Below are positions 23,458-33,821 of a stretch of DNA of 64,000 nucleotides, in pieces. The position numbers and the translations under genes are program-made. The notes under the pieces are model-generated. The model worked only from the letters and a program-made list of their open reading frames with translations, was not told the origin of the DNA and did no database searches. Each line of letters begins with the position of its first letter. The first letter of the stretch is position 1. Origin of the DNA: an uncultured delta proteobacterium (GTDB taxonomy: Bacteria; Myxococcota_A; Polyangia; Polyangiales; B10-G4); NCBI GenBank assembly GCA_963727445.1, contig CAVSGI010000006.1:192001-256000 (forward strand). Reading direction: 5' to 3'.

Positions 23458-24195
23458 TCAGTGGAGCGCGCGGACCACTTCCTCCGCCCCGGCGCGCCGC
23501 AGCTCCTCGGGTAGGGTGGTGGACTCGCGGAGGAGCTTCCGGTCGCTGGCGTTGAGGTGCCGCACCAGGGAGAGGGAGACGTCGAGGGGCGTGTAGGGGT
23601 TGAGGCAGAGCACCCGCTGCACCCGATAGCGCACGACCCACCGCGTCGAGCGGAAGACCCGCCGCAGGATCGTGGCCGCGATCGGCCGGCGCGAGGCGAG
23701 GCGGATGACGTCGTCTTCGGTCAGGGCCGGGTTGCCCAGGAGGATCTCGATCACGTCGGCGTGGGGGTCTCTCAGGACCCGGGCGATCAAATCGCGATCG
23801 CGCTTTCGGGCCAGCGACTTGCGCTCCCCGAGGGTCAGCGGGCGGCCGCTGCCGAAGTCCGGGACCTTGTGCTCGTCCTCCTCCTCTTCTTCGCCCTCCG
23901 CGTTCAGCCGCCGGCCGAGGAGCAACACCACGTCCCGCTGACCCCGCGACGCCGCGACGGAGAGCGCGGCCTGGCGGACGGCGTTCGCGGATTCGTCCGC
24001 CAGCGCGAGAGAGATCGAGAGCAGGAGCTGGGGGCTCGGCGGGATGCGCGTCTCGTTCAGGTTCGCGGCGATCGCCACCACATCGGCGACGATCTCGGGC
24101 GTCATCTGGGACAGCTCGTGTCGCACGTAGGTGACCCGCATCGCGACGTCGGGGATGGCCGCCACCCGCTTGGCCAACGAGGTGGCGATGTCCAT
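23458..24195 (-). CDS. Conserved hypothetical helical-repeat protein
   Basis: LTLGERKSLAR..DPHADVIEILLGNPALTE..LCLNPYTP; good codon bias. Confidence 0.75.
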   Translation of the reverse strand: MDIATSLAKRVAAIPDVAMRVTYVRHELSQMTPEIVADVVAIAANLNETRIPPSPQLLLSISLALADESANAVRQAALSVAASRGQRDVVLLLGRRLNAEGEEEEEDEHKVPDFGSGRPLTLGERKSLARKRDRDLIARVLRDPHADVIEILLGNPALTEDDVIRLASRRPIAATILRRVFRSTRWVVRYRVQRVLCLNPYTPLDVSLSLVRHLNASDRKLLRESTTLPEELRRAGAEEVVRALH

Positions 24196-24287
24196 CGGGT
24201 CCTGCACTCCGCGAGGGTAACGCAAAACAAGCGTGTTGACGCGGCGCGTCGGCGGGGTGATAGATCGAGGGAGCCCAGGACCGACCC

Positions 24288-24779
24288 ATGGAAACCTCCG
24301 AGCCCACGGACGACCACCGCGTCGTCAAGCGATACGCGAATCGCAAGCTCTACGACACGCGCGACAGTCGCTACGTGACGCTTCAGCAGATCGCGGGCTA
24401 CGTGCGCGACGGCGAGGACGTGCGGATCATCGACAACCGCACGAAGGAGGACCTCACCGACGTCACGATGGCGCAGATCATCTACGAGGAGCAGAAGGAC
24501 GGGAAGAAGAACTCCTGGAGCGTGAAGACCCTCCGGGAGCTCATCCGCGAAGGCGGCGACCGTCTGATGACCTCCCTCAAGCAGACGCCGGCGGTGACCA
24601 AGCCCAAGGAGGCCTGGGACGAGCTCTCGCGGCTCAAGGACGCCCGGGTCCTTTCGTTGGTGAGCACGGCCAAGGGCCAGCTCCAATCCCTCGAGGCCGA
24701 GGTGGTGCGCCTCAACGCCCGGGTGCGGGAGCTCGAAGAAAAGCTGAGCGCCAAGCAGAAGAAGGAAGACGAGGACTGA
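24288..24779 (+). CDS. PhaR-type DNA-binding domain protein
   Basis: [36 protein letters not shown]-terminal coiled coil. Confidence 0.9.
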   Translation: METSEPTDDHRVVKRYANRKLYDTRDSRYVTLQQIAGYVRDGEDVRIIDNRTKEDLTDVTMAQIIYEEQKDGKKNSWSVKTLRELIREGGDRLMTSLKQTPAVTKPKEAWDELSRLKDARVLSLVSTAKGQLQSLEAEVVRLNARVRELEEKLSAKQKKEDED

Positions 24780-24925
24780 CGCGGTTCGCGTGGGCCCCCC
24801 ACCTCGGGACGTCATCGTCTCGACAGAAAAGGGAGAGCACGTCGCGAAACCCCTCGCTTTTTCAGCAGCCCCGACCGCAAATCCGGTTGAAATACCCTTG
24901 GCCCTCCATATGTTGTGGCGAGGCA

Positions 24926-25603
24926 ATGGGACTTTTCAGGAAGACCACCAAGAGCCCCGAGCGCGAGGCCTTCGAGCGCGAGGCCCTCGAGCACCTGGAC
25001 TCGCTGTATGGAGCGGCCCTCAGGCTGACCCGATCCGAGAGCGACGCGGAAGACCTGGTGCAGGACACGTTCCTGAGGGCCTATCGCTTCTACGACCGTT
25101 TCGAGGCCGGCACGAACATGAAGGCCTGGCTTCATCGCATCCAGACCAACACCTTCATCAACCGCTACCGGCGCAAGACCCGGGAGCGCAACGCCCTCGA
25201 TGGCGCCATCGCGCAGCCGGTGGGTGAAGGGGTGATGAGCCGAGCGGCGATGCGTGCGCTCAGCCAGCCCATCGCCACCGCCGAGCGGCCGCTCCTCGCC
25301 CGCGAGATCCAGAACGCCCTCGATACGCTCCCCGAGGACTACCGCATCATGATCCTCCTCGCCGACGTCGAGGAGCTGAGCTACCGCGAGATCGCCGACG
25401 TGGTCGGCTGCCCGATCGGCACCGTGATGTCGCGACTGCATCGCGCCCGCAAGGCGATGCAGAAGCAGCTCATCCCGCAGGCGATCAACCTCGGCATCGT
25501 CGAGGTGCCCCGCGAGAGCGAGGCGCCGGCCGAGGAGCAGGCGAACGAGGCGGTCTCCCTCGACGCGTTCCGCGCCAAGAAGGCGATGGAGGGCACGGGA
25601 TGA
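24926..25603 (+). CDS. ECF RNA polymerase sigma factor
   Basis: [46 protein letters not shown]. Confidence 0.95.
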   Translation: MGLFRKTTKSPEREAFEREALEHLDSLYGAALRLTRSESDAEDLVQDTFLRAYRFYDRFEAGTNMKAWLHRIQTNTFINRYRRKTRERNALDGAIAQPVGEGVMSRAAMRALSQPIATAERPLLAREIQNALDTLPEDYRIMILLADVEELSYREIADVVGCPIGTVMSRLHRARKAMQKQLIPQAINLGIVEVPRESEAPAEEQANEAVSLDAFRAKKAMEGTG

Positions 25604-26436
25604 ACTGCCATCTCGCCCAGCGCTATCTCGACGCCTACGTCGATCACGAGCTCGACCCCGGCACGCAACTCGACGTGGAGCGGCACGTCGACGTCTGCGC
25701 GCTCTGTCAGGAAGAGGTGGCGTTCGCTCGTGCGATGAAGGAGCAGGTCCGTGGCGCGGTGAGCAGCGCGCACGCGCCGGTGGGCCTCGCGGATCGGATC
25801 CGCAGCTCCCTCGACGAGGCAGAGGCGGAAGCGCGGCCGACCCCACTGGTGAGCATCGCGCCGATGCGGCTGCGTCACGCGCTGCCGCTCGCGGCGGCCG
25901 CCGCGGTCCTGATGGTGGCGAGCTTCGCGCTGTCGCCGAGCGCCACCGCGCCGGCGGAGCAGGCGACGGCCCGGGTCCAGGCCGCGAGCTCCGCGGCGAC
26001 GATCCCCATCTTCGAAGACGTCGTTCGGGTTCACGCCAGCGACCTGCCGGCGGACGTGGGCGGTACCCAGCCTCAAGAAGTGACCCGCTGGTTTCGCAAC
26101 AAGGTGAGCTTCCCGGTTCGGCCCGCCCGCTTCGATCGGGGCGATGCGCGGCTCTTGGGCGCGCGCCTCTCCAACGTGCGCGAGCAGCAGGCCGCGGCGC
26201 TTTACTACGACGTGGGCGGCAACCGCGTGACGGTGGTGGTCTTCGGGCCCGCCGACCATCGCCTCGAGCAGGGCCTGAGCCGGGCGCGGCTTCTGGGGCG
26301 CGAGGTTCGCTATCGCCAGGTGCGGGGTTACACCGTTCCCGTGCGCGAGCAGGAAGGGCTCACCTACGCCTTCACGGGTGATCTCGACCGCCAGAGCCTG
26401 CTCCGCCTCGCCGCGACCGCGCAGGTACAGCACTGA
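25600..26436 (+). CDS. Zinc-binding (zf-HC2) transmembrane anti-sigma factor
   Basis: [17 protein letters not shown], one TM helix, ATGA overlap with the sigma gene. Confidence 0.92.
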   Translation: MNCHLAQRYLDAYVDHELDPGTQLDVERHVDVCALCQEEVAFARAMKEQVRGAVSSAHAPVGLADRIRSSLDEAEAEARPTPLVSIAPMRLRHALPLAAAAAVLMVASFALSPSATAPAEQATARVQAASSAATIPIFEDVVRVHASDLPADVGGTQPQEVTRWFRNKVSFPVRPARFDRGDARLLGARLSNVREQQAAALYYDVGGNRVTVVVFGPADHRLEQGLSRARLLGREVRYRQVRGYTVPVREQEGLTYAFTGDLDRQSLLRLAATAQVQH

Positions 26437-26527
26437 GCGCTCGGCGCCGCTTCGGCGGCGTGCTCCACCGCTCACCTGTGCAGCAGCTAACCCTTCGTAA
26501 CCGCGAAGCTTTAGCCCTCCAAGATCG

Positions 26528-26557
26528 TTGACCTGCCGCGTCTCGCCGGCCTATCCT
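26528..26557 (+). promoter_or_regulatory. Candidate sigma70 promoter
   Basis: TTGACC-N18-TATCCT, 40 bp before ATG 26598, followed by RBS AAGGAG. Confidence 0.55.
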
Positions 26558-26597
26558 GCGTTGTCCTGGGGTCTGGGACCCCGAAAAAGGAGCGTGC

Positions 26598-29255
26598 ATG
26601 GCGCAGCGGATCCTGGTCTTCGAGGCCGACGCCGACTTCGCGAACGAGCTGATGACGAACTTCGGGGGCCTCGGTGCCCAGGTCGAGGTCGTCTCGGATG
26701 GCAATGCCGGTCTCGCGCGCGCGGCGGAGGAGAAGCCCGATCTCATCCTCCTCTCGATCGAGCTGCCCAGCATGAACGGCTTCTTGGTCTGCAAGAAGAT
26801 CAAGAAGAACGCCGACCTCAAGACCATCCCTCTCGTCATCATGTCGAGCGACTCGAACGCCGACGAGATCTTCGAGCAGCATCGCAAGCTCCGCACCCGC
26901 GCGGAGGACTACGTCAAGAAGCCGGTCGCCTTCGACGACCTCCTGGCGCGCGTGCAGGAGCTCGTCCCGATCGAAAGCGAGGCCGCGGAGATCCCCGTGG
27001 AGGAGCTCGACATCGCCGAGGTCGAGATCGAAGACGCGGACGGGAACTCGGTCGATGACGAGATCGACGCCTTCGCGGACAGCGCCTTCGACTCGCTGGT
27101 GATGAACGAGGAGCCCGCCGAGGACACGACCGCAATCGCGGACGTCCCCGCGGACGTACAATCGGTCACAGCAGACGACCTCGAGGTCATCGACGTGGAC
27201 GACGTCGTGCTTCAGGAGGAGGAGACCTCGCCCGAGCCGGAGCCGGAGCCGGAGCCGGAGCCCGAGCCCGAGCCGGAGCCCGAGCCGGAGCCCGAGCCCG
27301 AGCCGGAGCCCGAGCCCGAGCCGCCGCCCCTCGACGCCGACATCGCGACGCGCGAGCAGCCCGTCGCCGCGGGCGCGAGCCAGGCCGAGCTCGACGCCGC
27401 CGAGGCGCGTGCAGCCCAGGCGGAGAACGATCTGGCGGCGGCGAACGCGCGCATCGAAGAGCTCACCGCGAAGTTCGAAAAGGAGATGGCCGACCTGAAG
27501 GCGAAAGCCGGCAAGGGCGGAGGCATCTCGAGCCGCGAGTTCCTCGACCTGCGCGAGGCGCTGAACAAGAAGGACAAGGAGATCCTCGACCTGCGCGACC
27601 AGGTGAGCTCGCGCGACAAGCAGCTCATCGATCTGCGCGACAAGAACCTCGAGCTCGAGCGCGGCAAGGCGGACTTCGAAGATCGAATCCTCGCCCTCGA
27701 ACGTCAGGGCGCGGACAAGGACGATCAGATCACGGCGCTCACGGCGGACGTCGAGAACGCCAAGAAGAAGGGCGACGCGAACAAGGCGCGCGCGGAGCGG
27801 GCGGAGGAGAAGACCAAGAAGCTCGAGGACGAGCTCGACGCCGCGAAGAACGAGCACGCGGCGGCCATCTCGAAGATCGAGAGCGACGCGGCGGAGAAGT
27901 CGGCGACCAAGTCGGCGCGGCACGCGGAGGAGCTGGAGCAGCTTCGCGCCTCTCACGAGGAGGCGCTCGCCCAGCTGGGTGCCGAGAAGGACGCGGCTAT
28001 CTCGCAGCTCACCGCCGAGAAGGACGCCGCTTACGCGCAGAAGGTCTCCGCGCTCGAAGAGCAGCGAGAGACGGAGCTGACCGAGCTCCGCGCCAAGCTG
28101 TCTGCCGAGCACGCCGTGGACAAGGAACAGGCCATCGAGGAGCTGACCGAGCGCCTCGAGGCCGAGAAGAAGGCCGCGCTCGACCTCTCCGAAGAGGAGC
28201 ACGGCAGGGAGCTGGCGCTGATCGGCCGGCGCCTGAGCGAGACCGAGCAGAACCTCGAGGAGACCGGGCAGAAGCTCGAGGCCGCCGAGGCGGACAAGGC
28301 CCGCCTGGGCACCGAGCTGTCGAACCGCACGGAGGAGCGCGACGGCTTCAGCAGTCAGCTCGACGCCGCGAAGCAGAAGCTCAGCGAGCTCGAAGATGCG
28401 CGCTCGATCCTCGCGGCCGAAAAGGCGGAGCTCGAGGAGAAGGTCGCTTCGCAGAGCGAACGGATCGGGATCCTCGAGTCGGCCAACGCCGCGCTGGCGG
28501 AGGCGAAGGAAGAGAACGAAGCGACCATCGCGACCCTCGGTGCGCAGAAGGCCGGCCTCGAAGAGGAGAGGACGGACGCCCAGGCGCGGATCGCTTCGCT
28601 CGAAGAGAGCAAGGCCGAGCTCGAACGGATCAAGACCGAGAACGAAGGCAAGATCGCGCTGCTCGAAGAGCAGAAGAGCGAGCTGTCGGAGATCAAGGCC
28701 GAGCACGAGGCGGAGATCTCGACGCTCGTAGGCGCCAAGGAGCGGAACGAGGCCACCATCGCGAGCCTCACCGAGGCCAAGGAGTCTCTCGAGGAGACCA
28801 AGGCGGCGAACACGGCGAAGATCGCGTCCCTCGAAGGGAGCAAGGCCGAGCTCGAGCAGGCGAAGACGGAGAACGAGAGCCGCATCGCGCTCCTCGAGGA
28901 GCAGAACAACGACCTCGAAGAGACGAAGCTCGAGAATCAGGCGACCATCCGTGGTCTCTCCGACACCAAAGAGGCCAACGAAGCGACCATCGCGAACCTC
29001 AGCGAGTCGAAGAAGGAGCTCGAGGATTCGGTCGCGCGTCACCGCGCGCGCATCGCCGCCCTCGAAGAGGCCCAGGCGAGCCTGGAGAAGCGCCTCGGAA
29101 ACGCCCTCAAGAAGATCGAAGGCGACTCCGCGCTCCTCGAGCGCGCGCGCAAGGCCCTCGCCATCGGCCTCGGGCTCCTGGAGGACCAGAAGCAGAACGT
29201 GGTCGAGGGAGAGGCCTCGAGCCCCGCGGCCGCCCCCGCCGAAGCCGAAGAGTAG
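26598..29255 (+). CDS. FrzS/AglZ-like pseudo-receiver plus long coiled-coil protein
   Basis: Receiver fold with Ser at the phospho-Asp position (PDLILLSIEL), FEQHRKLRTRAEDYVKKPV, acidic/PE linker, about 600-aa coiled coil. Confidence 0.85.
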   Translation: MAQRILVFEADADFANELMTNFGGLGAQVEVVSDGNAGLARAAEEKPDLILLSIELPSMNGFLVCKKIKKNADLKTIPLVIMSSDSNADEIFEQHRKLRTRAEDYVKKPVAFDDLLARVQELVPIESEAAEIPVEELDIAEVEIEDADGNSVDDEIDAFADSAFDSLVMNEEPAEDTTAIADVPADVQSVTADDLEVIDVDDVVLQEEETSPEPEPEPEPEPEPEPEPEPEPEPEPEPEPEPPPLDADIATREQPVAAGASQAELDAAEARAAQAENDLAAANARIEELTAKFEKEMADLKAKAGKGGGISSREFLDLREALNKKDKEILDLRDQVSSRDKQLIDLRDKNLELERGKADFEDRILALERQGADKDDQITALTADVENAKKKGDANKARAERAEEKTKKLEDELDAAKNEHAAAISKIESDAAEKSATKSARHAEELEQLRASHEEALAQLGAEKDAAISQLTAEKDAAYAQKVSALEEQRETELTELRAKLSAEHAVDKEQAIEELTERLEAEKKAALDLSEEEHGRELALIGRRLSETEQNLEETGQKLEAAEADKARLGTELSNRTEERDGFSSQLDAAKQKLSELEDARSILAAEKAELEEKVASQSERIGILESANAALAEAKEENEATIATLGAQKAGLEEERTDAQARIASLEESKAELERIKTENEGKIALLEEQKSELSEIKAEHEAEISTLVGAKERNEATIASLTEAKESLEETKAANTAKIASLEGSKAELEQAKTENESRIALLEEQNNDLEETKLENQATIRGLSDTKEANEATIANLSESKKELEDSVARHRARIAALEEAQASLEKRLGNALKKIEGDSALLERARKALAIGLGLLEDQKQNVVEGEASSPAAAPAEAEE
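27231..27320 (+). repeat. (CCSGAG)15 encoding (Pro-Glu)15
   Basis: Direct reading of a 6-bp tandem repeat. Confidence 0.95.
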
Positions 29256-29261
29256 GGCGCG

Positions 29262-30554
29262 ATGCCCGCGCGTCCCGCGGCAGTGCAACGGGCGAAGATC
29301 GTGAACCGAGAGGCGCTCGTCGCCGTGCCGTCACCGGAGGCGCGCGCGCTCGCCCTCGACATGGTGGAGGGCGCGCTCGCCGCGGTGGAGCCGGAGGCGG
29401 CGACGCGGCGTGCCCTCGCGCGGGCGCGCGCGGACGGGCTGGCGCTCGAGGGGGCGTGGATCGTCGCCCTCGGAAAAGCGGCGTGGCCGATGGCGCGCGC
29501 AGCGTCGGAGGCGCTGGGGAGCGAGCGGGGCGTTGTGGTCGCACCGAGCGTCGCGCCGATCGGTGGCCTGCAGATGCGCCGCGGCGAGCATCCCGCTTCG
29601 GGTGAGCGCGCTCTCGAAAATGGCGAGGCGCTGCTGTCGCTCGCGCGCGGCATCCCGTCGGGGGACGCGGTGGTGTGTCTGATCTCGGGCGGCGGCTCGG
29701 CGATGGTGGAGGCGCTGCCGGAGGGCGCCTCAGCCGACGACCTCGTGGACTTTCAGCGAGCGCTCCTGGCGTCGGGCGCGCCGATCGACGCGATGAACGC
29801 GCTGAGGCGGCGCCTGTCCCGGCTGAAGGGGGGCGGGCTCGCGGCGGCCCTTTCTCACACGCGCCTCGTGACGGTGGTGATCAGCGATACCCCCGGTCAC
29901 CCACCATCCACCGTCGCTTCGGGGCCGACGCTCGCGCCCGAGGCGGAGGTGGACGTCGAGCCGATCCTCCGAGCGTACGATCTCGAATCGCGCCTGGGCC
30001 CCTCGGTGCTCGCGGCGATCCGGGCGGGGCGGGGCGTCGCTCGGCTGGCGCCGTCGCCACTCTACGTGGCGGCGGACAACGCGACGGCCTGCGCGGCGGC
30101 CGCCGCGGTGGCCGACGCGCGCGGGCGCGACGTGACGCGCGTGCGCGTGCCATTCGCGGGCGAAGCGCGCGCGCGTGGCGCGGCGCTCTATCGCGACGCG
30201 CGCGCGCGCGGCGCGGAGGTGATGGTGGCGGGGGGCGAGACGACCGTGACCCTCGTCGGCGAGGGCCGGGGAGGGCGCAATCACGAGATCCTCCTCGGCG
30301 CCCTGGGCGATTTCGAAGGCGGGCTGGTGGTCGGCGTCGGCACCGATGGCGTCGACGGCACGAGCGGCGCTGCCGGTGCGCTCCTGGACGACGCGGTGAT
30401 CGCGGGCGCCGCCGCGGCCGGCATGGACCCGCACGCGCTCCTCCTCGACAACGACAGCGCCCGCTACTTCGAAGCCGCGGGCGCCCAGCTCATCACCGGC
30501 CCCACGCAGACCAACGTCGCCGACCTGTGGCTCTACGTCCGGGATCGAGCCTAG
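29262..30554 (+). CDS. Glycerate kinase type 2 (DUF4147/MOFRL)
   Basis: LGKAAWPMA, LISGGGSAM, LSRLKGG, ASGPT, GGETTV, GRGGRN, TDGVDG, TGPTQTNVADL. Start may be GTG 29283 or 29301. Confidence 0.92.
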   Translation: MPARPAAVQRAKIVNREALVAVPSPEARALALDMVEGALAAVEPEAATRRALARARADGLALEGAWIVALGKAAWPMARAASEALGSERGVVVAPSVAPIGGLQMRRGEHPASGERALENGEALLSLARGIPSGDAVVCLISGGGSAMVEALPEGASADDLVDFQRALLASGAPIDAMNALRRRLSRLKGGGLAAALSHTRLVTVVISDTPGHPPSTVASGPTLAPEAEVDVEPILRAYDLESRLGPSVLAAIRAGRGVARLAPSPLYVAADNATACAAAAAVADARGRDVTRVRVPFAGEARARGAALYRDARARGAEVMVAGGETTVTLVGEGRGGRNHEILLGALGDFEGGLVVGVGTDGVDGTSGAAGALLDDAVIAGAAAAGMDPHALLLDNDSARYFEAAGAQLITGPTQTNVADLWLYVRDRA

Positions 30555-30571
30555 CAACCCGTGCCCGTGCT

Positions 30572-31087
30572 CTAGAAGTCCGGCGTGCCGTGCAGCGTCT
30601 GCTTGCGCCGGCGGGGGCCCGAGCCGGTGAGGTCGTCCCAGCTGGGGTCGCGTTCTTTCGTCGCTTCGAAGCTGACGACGCGCTGGCGGATGATGATGCG
30701 GATGACGTCCGAGGTTTCGTTGTGCCACTTCTTGCCGGCGCGCACGCCTTGGAAGACCGCGAGCATGCCCACCTCGGGCAGGGGATGGGCGACCGCCAGG
30801 AGGCGTCCATCCTCGCGCCGCTTGCACCCGCCGACCAGGAGCGCGCCGACGAAGATGTGGCCCTCCTGATGCTCCCCAGACACGCGCTCGATCACTGCCG
30901 TGCAACGGAGCCGGGCATCGAGGGCGTAGATGGTGTTCTTGGTGACGATGTCGATGGCGCGCCAGGGCTCGGCCAGGTTCGCCGAGCTGGCCGGCACCTC
31001 CTCGTACGCCATCTCGACCGAGCCCTGCTTCATCAGGGGCCGCAGGCCTTCGGAGAGCGTGTGGTCATCCTCGTCGAAAGGCCTCAT
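30572..31087 (-). CDS. Hypothetical protein
   Basis: 171-aa ORF with typical codon bias that fills the gap between neighbours. Confidence 0.7.
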   Translation of the reverse strand: MRPFDEDDHTLSEGLRPLMKQGSVEMAYEEVPASSANLAEPWRAIDIVTKNTIYALDARLRCTAVIERVSGEHQEGHIFVGALLVGGCKRREDGRLLAVAHPLPEVGMLAVFQGVRAGKKWHNETSDVIRIIIRQRVVSFEATKERDPSWDDLTGSGPRRRKQTLHGTPDF

Positions 31088-31102
31088 CGACCTCCGAGAG
31101 TA

Positions 31103-32314
31103 TCAGATGATCACGATGTCACAGGGGAATGTCGCCTCGAGGACCGCGCCGCGGGTCATGGTGAGCTCGTCGCAAGCCGCCCCGTTGAGGCGGATCGAGG
31201 TCGGGCTGGTGGCTTCCCAGCCGTCGGGGTCGTCGCAGGGCAGCTCCCGGTCGTTGAGCTTCACGGTCCCGGAGCAGGCCTGGGAGATGTCCTCGATGGT
31301 CCCGTTGAGGTTGATGTCGCACGACAGGACGCCGCCGACGATGTCCTCGAGGGCGCGCCGGAGCGTGGTGTCGTCGCCCGCCACCCAGTACTCGGCGGTG
31401 CCCCCCGCGCCCATGCCCAGCCCGGCGTTCGCCATATCCTGCATGTGGGTCGCCGACACGGTGCCCTCACCCACGGAGATCATGAAGGTGCGGATGCCCT
31501 CTCCATAGGCGCGCTCCACCGCAGCGATGGCTTCGGCCTGCCCGTTCTGCGGGTCCAGCTCCTCGCAGCGGTCGGGCTCGCCGTCGGTGGCCACGATGAA
31601 GATGGTCGGATCGGGATCGGGGTCGGGCGCGCCGAGGATCGAGTCGAGCACCGCGTCGATCGCGTCTCCGGTCGGCGTGTCTTCGATCACGTTCGCGGGT
31701 TGGTAGACGGCCTGGATCGCCGCGTAGTTGTCGGGGGCCGGCGCGACCTGGGTGAGCATCGGACAAGGCCCGATCGGCGGTCCCCCATCTCCGTCCGAGC
31801 GCGCGCTGTAGAGCGCGAGGCCGAACTCCACCTGATCCTGCAGCGAGAAGATCAACCCGTCGGGGTCGGCGAGGAGGAAGTCCTTGAGCACACCCCATCG
31901 CGTGCCACCACCGAAGGACGAGGTCATGCTGCTCGACTGATCGATGATGAGCATCACCGTGGGCGTCACCCGCGCGGCCTCGACAGTCACGTCGGCGCAG
32001 ACGTAGGGGTTCGAATCGGTGGAGCCGTCGCTCCCCGGCGTCACCAGGCAGTGCCCGTCCGCCGTGCAGTATTGCCCGACCGGGCAGCGGTTCTCCGCGC
32101 CCGGAGCGCAGTCGGCCTGACACTGCCCGCCGGAGCCGCAATAGAGCCCGACCGGACACGTGTCCCCTCCGGCGCGCGAGCAGTCGAGGCCGCAGCCCGC
32201 AGGAGCATCCGGCCCATCGCATGGTCCCCCCTCGGTCTTGGCCGTTCCCGAGCAGCTACACGCCGGCAGGACCAGGCCCGCGAGGAGGATCACCGCTCGC
32301 GTCGCTCGAAACAT
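31103..32314 (-). CDS. Cys-rich vWA-domain lipoprotein
   Basis: RBS GGGAGG, LPACSC lipobox, Cys-rich repeats, IIDQSSSM, TPTGDA, VATDGEP, C-terminal SC..C..GW..C..C module. Confidence 0.88.
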   Translation of the reverse strand: MFRATRAVILLAGLVLPACSCSGTAKTEGGPCDGPDAPAGCGLDCSRAGGDTCPVGLYCGSGGQCQADCAPGAENRCPVGQYCTADGHCLVTPGSDGSTDSNPYVCADVTVEAARVTPTVMLIIDQSSSMTSSFGGGTRWGVLKDFLLADPDGLIFSLQDQVEFGLALYSARSDGDGGPPIGPCPMLTQVAPAPDNYAAIQAVYQPANVIEDTPTGDAIDAVLDSILGAPDPDPDPTIFIVATDGEPDRCEELDPQNGQAEAIAAVERAYGEGIRTFMISVGEGTVSATHMQDMANAGLGMGAGGTAEYWVAGDDTTLRRALEDIVGGVLSCDINLNGTIEDISQACSGTVKLNDRELPCDDPDGWEATSPTSIRLNGAACDELTMTRGAVLEATFPCDIVII

Positions 32315-32409
32315 CGCGCACCTCCCGATTCCCTTCACCAAGGGTTTCCCCTGATGAAGGATAGGGTATGGGAGGGGAGGAGCCAGCGAAAGGCGGGATT
32401 TCCCCGACG

Positions 32410-33789
32410 TCAGAGGCGCGAGAGCTCCTCGTAGAGGTACACCGCCGCGCGGGTTCCCTTCTTCCAGTCGCCGAGATGGAGCGACTCGTTCTCCCCGTGG
32501 GCGTTGCAGATGGGATCCTCGACCCCCATCAACAAGGCGGGGATGCCGCCCAGCACCTTGGCGAAGGGCTCGACGAAGGGGATCGAGCCGCCACAGCCGA
32601 TGTGCTCCGCCTGCCGCTCGTACCCCTTCTCGAGCGCACGCGCGGCCGCGTCGAAGGCCGGCCCCTGCGCCTCGGTCATCCACCAGCTGGCCGTCGCCTC
32701 GCGGTCGACGTGGAGCTCGAGCCCCCACGGAGTGTTCTCTTCGAAGTAGCGCACCAGCGCGTCCTGCGTCTTCTTCGGGTCCATGTCGGCGACGGTGCGG
32801 ATGCTGATGCGCGCCTGCGCGCTCTCGATGATCTGATTGGTCGAGCCCGCGATGGGGCGCGCTTCGAAGGCGATGACCGTCACCGAGGGCTGGCGGAAGA
32901 TGCGTCCCCAGACGGGCATGTCGGGATCGCCCACCAGCTCGGTGCCGGGCTGCATCCCGACCTGCTCGCGGAAGGCCGCCTCTTCGAAAGGAAGGCGGTC
33001 GAGCGCTTCGCGCTCGGCGGGGGAGGGCGCGCGCACGCCGGCCGCGATGTCCTCGCGAAGTCGACCGCGCTCGTCCGTCAGGCCAGCGATGACCCTGCAC
33101 AGACCCATCACCGGATCCGGCACGGGGCCGCCCCACATGCCGCTGTGGACCGGATGGTCCAGGGAGCGAAGCTCCACGCCCAGGCCGCAGAGCCCGCGCA
33201 GACTCACCGTGAGCGAGGGGATGCCGATGTCGAGGTTGGCGGTGTCGGTGAGGACCAGGATGTTCGCGGAGAGCTTGTCGCGATACTTCTCGAGGAAGGC
33301 TTCGAGGGATCCCGAGCCCACCTCTTCTTCTCCTTCGACGATGAACTTCACGTTGAGCGGCAGCCCGCCCGCATCGAGCCACGCCTTGCACGCGGCGACG
33401 TGCATCATCACGCCGGCCTTGTCGTCGACCGCGCCGCGCCCATAGAGGCGTCCGTCCCGCACCTCCGGCTCGAAGGGCGGGCTCTTCCATTTCTCGGGGC
33501 GGCCTGGCGGCATCACGTCGTGATGGCCGTAGAGGAGCACCGTGGGCTTGTCGTCGCCGGCGTGGAGCCAGTCGCCGTACACGTAGGGATGGCCACCCGG
33601 GAAGTCGATCACCTCGGTGTTCTCGAAGCCCGTGTCCCTGAGAAGCTTCTCCACCGCCCGCGCGCTCTCGTTCACCTTCTCGTCGGGTGGCGGGTTCGCG
33701 GACACCCCTCCGATCCGGACCAGGGACTTGAGCGTTTCGAGGTGAGCATCGAGCTCCCCCTCGAGCTTGTTCAGCGCGTCGTCGAGCAT
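32410..33789 (-). CDS. M20/M25/M40 metallo-dipeptidase
   Basis: LYGHHDVMP, YGRGAVDDKAG, EGEEEVGS, HSG, GGSIPF, NAHGENE. Confidence 0.95.
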   Translation of the reverse strand: MLDDALNKLEGELDAHLETLKSLVRIGGVSANPPPDEKVNESARAVEKLLRDTGFENTEVIDFPGGHPYVYGDWLHAGDDKPTVLLYGHHDVMPPGRPEKWKSPPFEPEVRDGRLYGRGAVDDKAGVMMHVAACKAWLDAGGLPLNVKFIVEGEEEVGSGSLEAFLEKYRDKLSANILVLTDTANLDIGIPSLTVSLRGLCGLGVELRSLDHPVHSGMWGGPVPDPVMGLCRVIAGLTDERGRLREDIAAGVRAPSPAEREALDRLPFEEAAFREQVGMQPGTELVGDPDMPVWGRIFRQPSVTVIAFEARPIAGSTNQIIESAQARISIRTVADMDPKKTQDALVRYFEENTPWGLELHVDREATASWWMTEAQGPAFDAAARALEKGYERQAEHIGCGGSIPFVEPFAKVLGGIPALLMGVEDPICNAHGENESLHLGDWKKGTRAAVYLYEELSRL

Positions 33790-33821
33790 GGGCGCCGGGA
33801 TAACGGACCCGTGCGCGCGGG

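Noticed and set aside
26454..26460. cgccgc-TTCG-gcggcg hairpin ending here, after the anti-sigma gene, as a terminator
   Set aside because: Only a 6-bp stem and no U tract.
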